Shown here: positions 61,961-64,000 of the stretch, one piece after another
Layout: every line of letters begins with the position of its first letter
Position numbering within the stretch: the stretch's first letter is position 1
DNA from: Raillietiella orientalis
Lineage: Eukaryota
DNA: 64,000 bases
Reading direction: 5' to 3'
Assembly: GCA_036172245.1 (NCBI GenBank)
Contig: JAYWIR010000033.1
Coordinates: 744,001 to 808,000 of the forward strand
Made by a program: the position numbers and the translations under genes
Notes under the pieces: generated by a model
What the model was told of the DNA's origin: nothing
Database searches by the model: none
What the model saw: only the letters and a program-made list of their open reading frames with translations

Positions 61961-64000
61961 ATGAGAGGCAGCATGGGCAAATTCGACTTGCCGTTCTTCG
62001 AAGGAGCAGAAAAGGCTTTGGAGATTTGGTTCACCAGGAAGGACCTGCAGATCGAGAATTGTGACCTGAGAAGGATCCCGGAGTAAGACGTTCCTCCTCG
62101 GGAAATGGGGAATTTTTGCCGGGTGCTTTCAGGCGCGAGGTGCGGAACATTCTGAAATTGGTGAATTGTACTGTACTGAGCTTCTCCAAGAATGAATACA
62201 TCAATGCCTATCTCCTAAGGTACGTTCGTTTGTGTCCTCCCGCACCTAAATAAAAACGTGTTCAAGTGAAAGCAGCATGTTCATCACCAAAAGGCAGTTC
62301 ATTTTGAAAACATGTGGGATGACAACGCCGTTGCGGTGTTTGGAAACTCTGAAGGAAGTTGCCATGAAGTATTCCGGTTTTGACGAAATAGCCGTGAGTA
62401 TCAGACCCCATTCCACCCCAAGTTGACGTCGTCTTCTAGTAGCCGGAGTTCTAATTGCTACCGATTTGTTTTTCTTATTAAATGCTTCAAGTTCACGGTC
62501 TATTTTGTTGTCCCGTGATAGTTTCTAAAGACCCATTCAGTTTTGAGTATTTTCTACAATTTCTTCCCCTTTACGTACACCTTTTGCTTACAGCCCTTTT
62601 ACGTGTTCACTGGCTCGGTGCTGCATCCAAAAGTAAATGTGGTGTCTATCACGGAGTCACTCCAATCTCCTTTGTCATGTTTCTTAACATTTCTTTTTAG
62701 GACTATTTTTATTCACACAAGGGATTCATGAAACCTGAAATTCAGCCGTATCCGTACTTTGATTTCAAACTAGAAGTGGAAGTTTTAAATACAGTGTTCA
62801 ATGGTACAAGATACTGATGTGTAAAGTTAATTTATTCCGGGCTCATTTGCCCTTTTCAGATGGAAAGGCTTATTGCCTAGGACAAGAACTCAGCAACGCT
62901 TTATATCTATACAGCAGAGCACAATCAAAAAAAATTAACAAAATCAGATCCATGGAAGACTCGGATCAAACTTTGGAAATAATAATGACGGATCTAGATC
63001 CCGATGTAATGAGGATCTTTACAAAGAACGTCTCCATAACTCCAGAAATAGCCAGAAAGGTAACCTCTGGAGTTATGTCCTCTTATCACCTTGATTTGCA
63101 GGCATCAGGATTAGATGCACTAATGGGAGGTTTTCAGTGGGATGATCACCTTTTTGATCCTTGTGGATATTCATTGAATGCGATAAATAAGTCTGTAAGT
63201 TGATCTTTGTTTTCCTGTTGAACCTACACATGTTTGTATACTTGTAAATATGGTAGATGATATGAATTGTTTTTAGTTGTATTTTTAGTATGATCAATCG
63301 TTATTATTATACAATTATTGTTATGTAAATGTAATTTAGCTCAGTAAGGAGGAGAAGGGCTGGAGTAAGTATGGAGACAACTACAAGTCACTTCAACTCT
63401 TTCCTGTTATCCTCCTGAAAGGTTATTCAGATGCCTTATGAGTTATCTTATCAATACAGTTCACTGTGGAATTCTAAATTCTAGAAAGATGAACTGAATT
63501 GCTAAGGATACTCTTAAAGGCTGAACAGTGTGACTTTCATGGACTGATCTTGAGTTTGCTGTGCCTTGTTTCAGGCTTCTAGATAGACCGTCTGCTGGCT
63601 ACTAGCACATAATTGGTCAGATATAATCGAAACACAAATGGAACAAGGTGCATGCCTGATGAGCTATGCATAATGTATTCGTGGGTACCAATCTCCTTGT
63701 ATGAGAATACTACAAAAGATGCCTACTAATTTACTTAAAATCTGTTTCTTGTAACTTCTTATGCATTTTGAGCCATGTTCTGCAGAATCTTCAATGTGCT
63801 TGTGTTCTCTGAGAAGAGAGCTCCAGCAACTATTTACTGATATGTACAGAAGTATTCTGTCAGCATGAGCTAAGAACCATGTTAATTCTCCATGATATGA
63901 AATTGTTGTTGCAGTCCATATCACAATGTGTTGCAGGGCCACTACGTCACAGTACATGTTACACCTGAATCAGACTATTCCTATGCTAGCTATGAAACAA
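61961..64000 (+). CDS. AMD1: S-adenosylmethionine decarboxylase proenzyme, 3'-truncated; exons 61961-62082, 62133-62219, 62267-62393, 62701-62803, 62860-63059, 63102-63194, 63937->64000
   Basis: [23 protein letters not shown] self-cleavage/pyruvoyl site; [53 protein letters not shown]. Alternative in-frame ATG at 61973. Confidence 0.97.

Noticed and set aside
1..64000. CRISPR arrays, tRNA genes, prokaryotic operons or defence systems
   Set aside because: No regularly spaced direct repeats or cloverleaf sequences were seen, and the genes are spliced and eukaryotic.

Overview
Animal nuclear DNA, most likely an arthropod (inferred from the rRNA relics and protein signatures), not prokaryotic. 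I spliced four intron-containing genes by hand with GT-AG boundaries and consistent phases: Skp1 (minus, 3 coding exons, 162 aa), the H4K20 methyltransferase Suv4-20 (plus, 7 coding exons, 608 aa), a Frizzled-4 receptor (plus, 3 coding exons, 573 aa) and S-adenosylmethionine decarboxylase (plus, truncated by the window end). Intergenic DNA is mostly decayed transposons: many fragments of an L1/Tx1-like non-LTR family, a TA-flanked mariner derivative, a piggyBac-like end, and weak Gypsy, DIRS and Tc1 relics. There is also a mitochondrial 16S NUMT and a 28S rRNA pseudogene fragment. The most interesting signal is that eight 3' ends of the non-LTR family share a terminal CCCGG-N5-CCGGG-type hairpin with no poly(A) tail, mostly after AATAAA, and most also carry two upstream stem-loops showing covariation. 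Other notable items are an in-frame AUG-UGA start-stop uORF before SAMDC, 42-56 nt micro-introns, a 754 bp near-identical inverted pair, and an excess of perfect 12-22 bp hairpins. All calls were made by eye without database searches, and TE boundaries are approximate.
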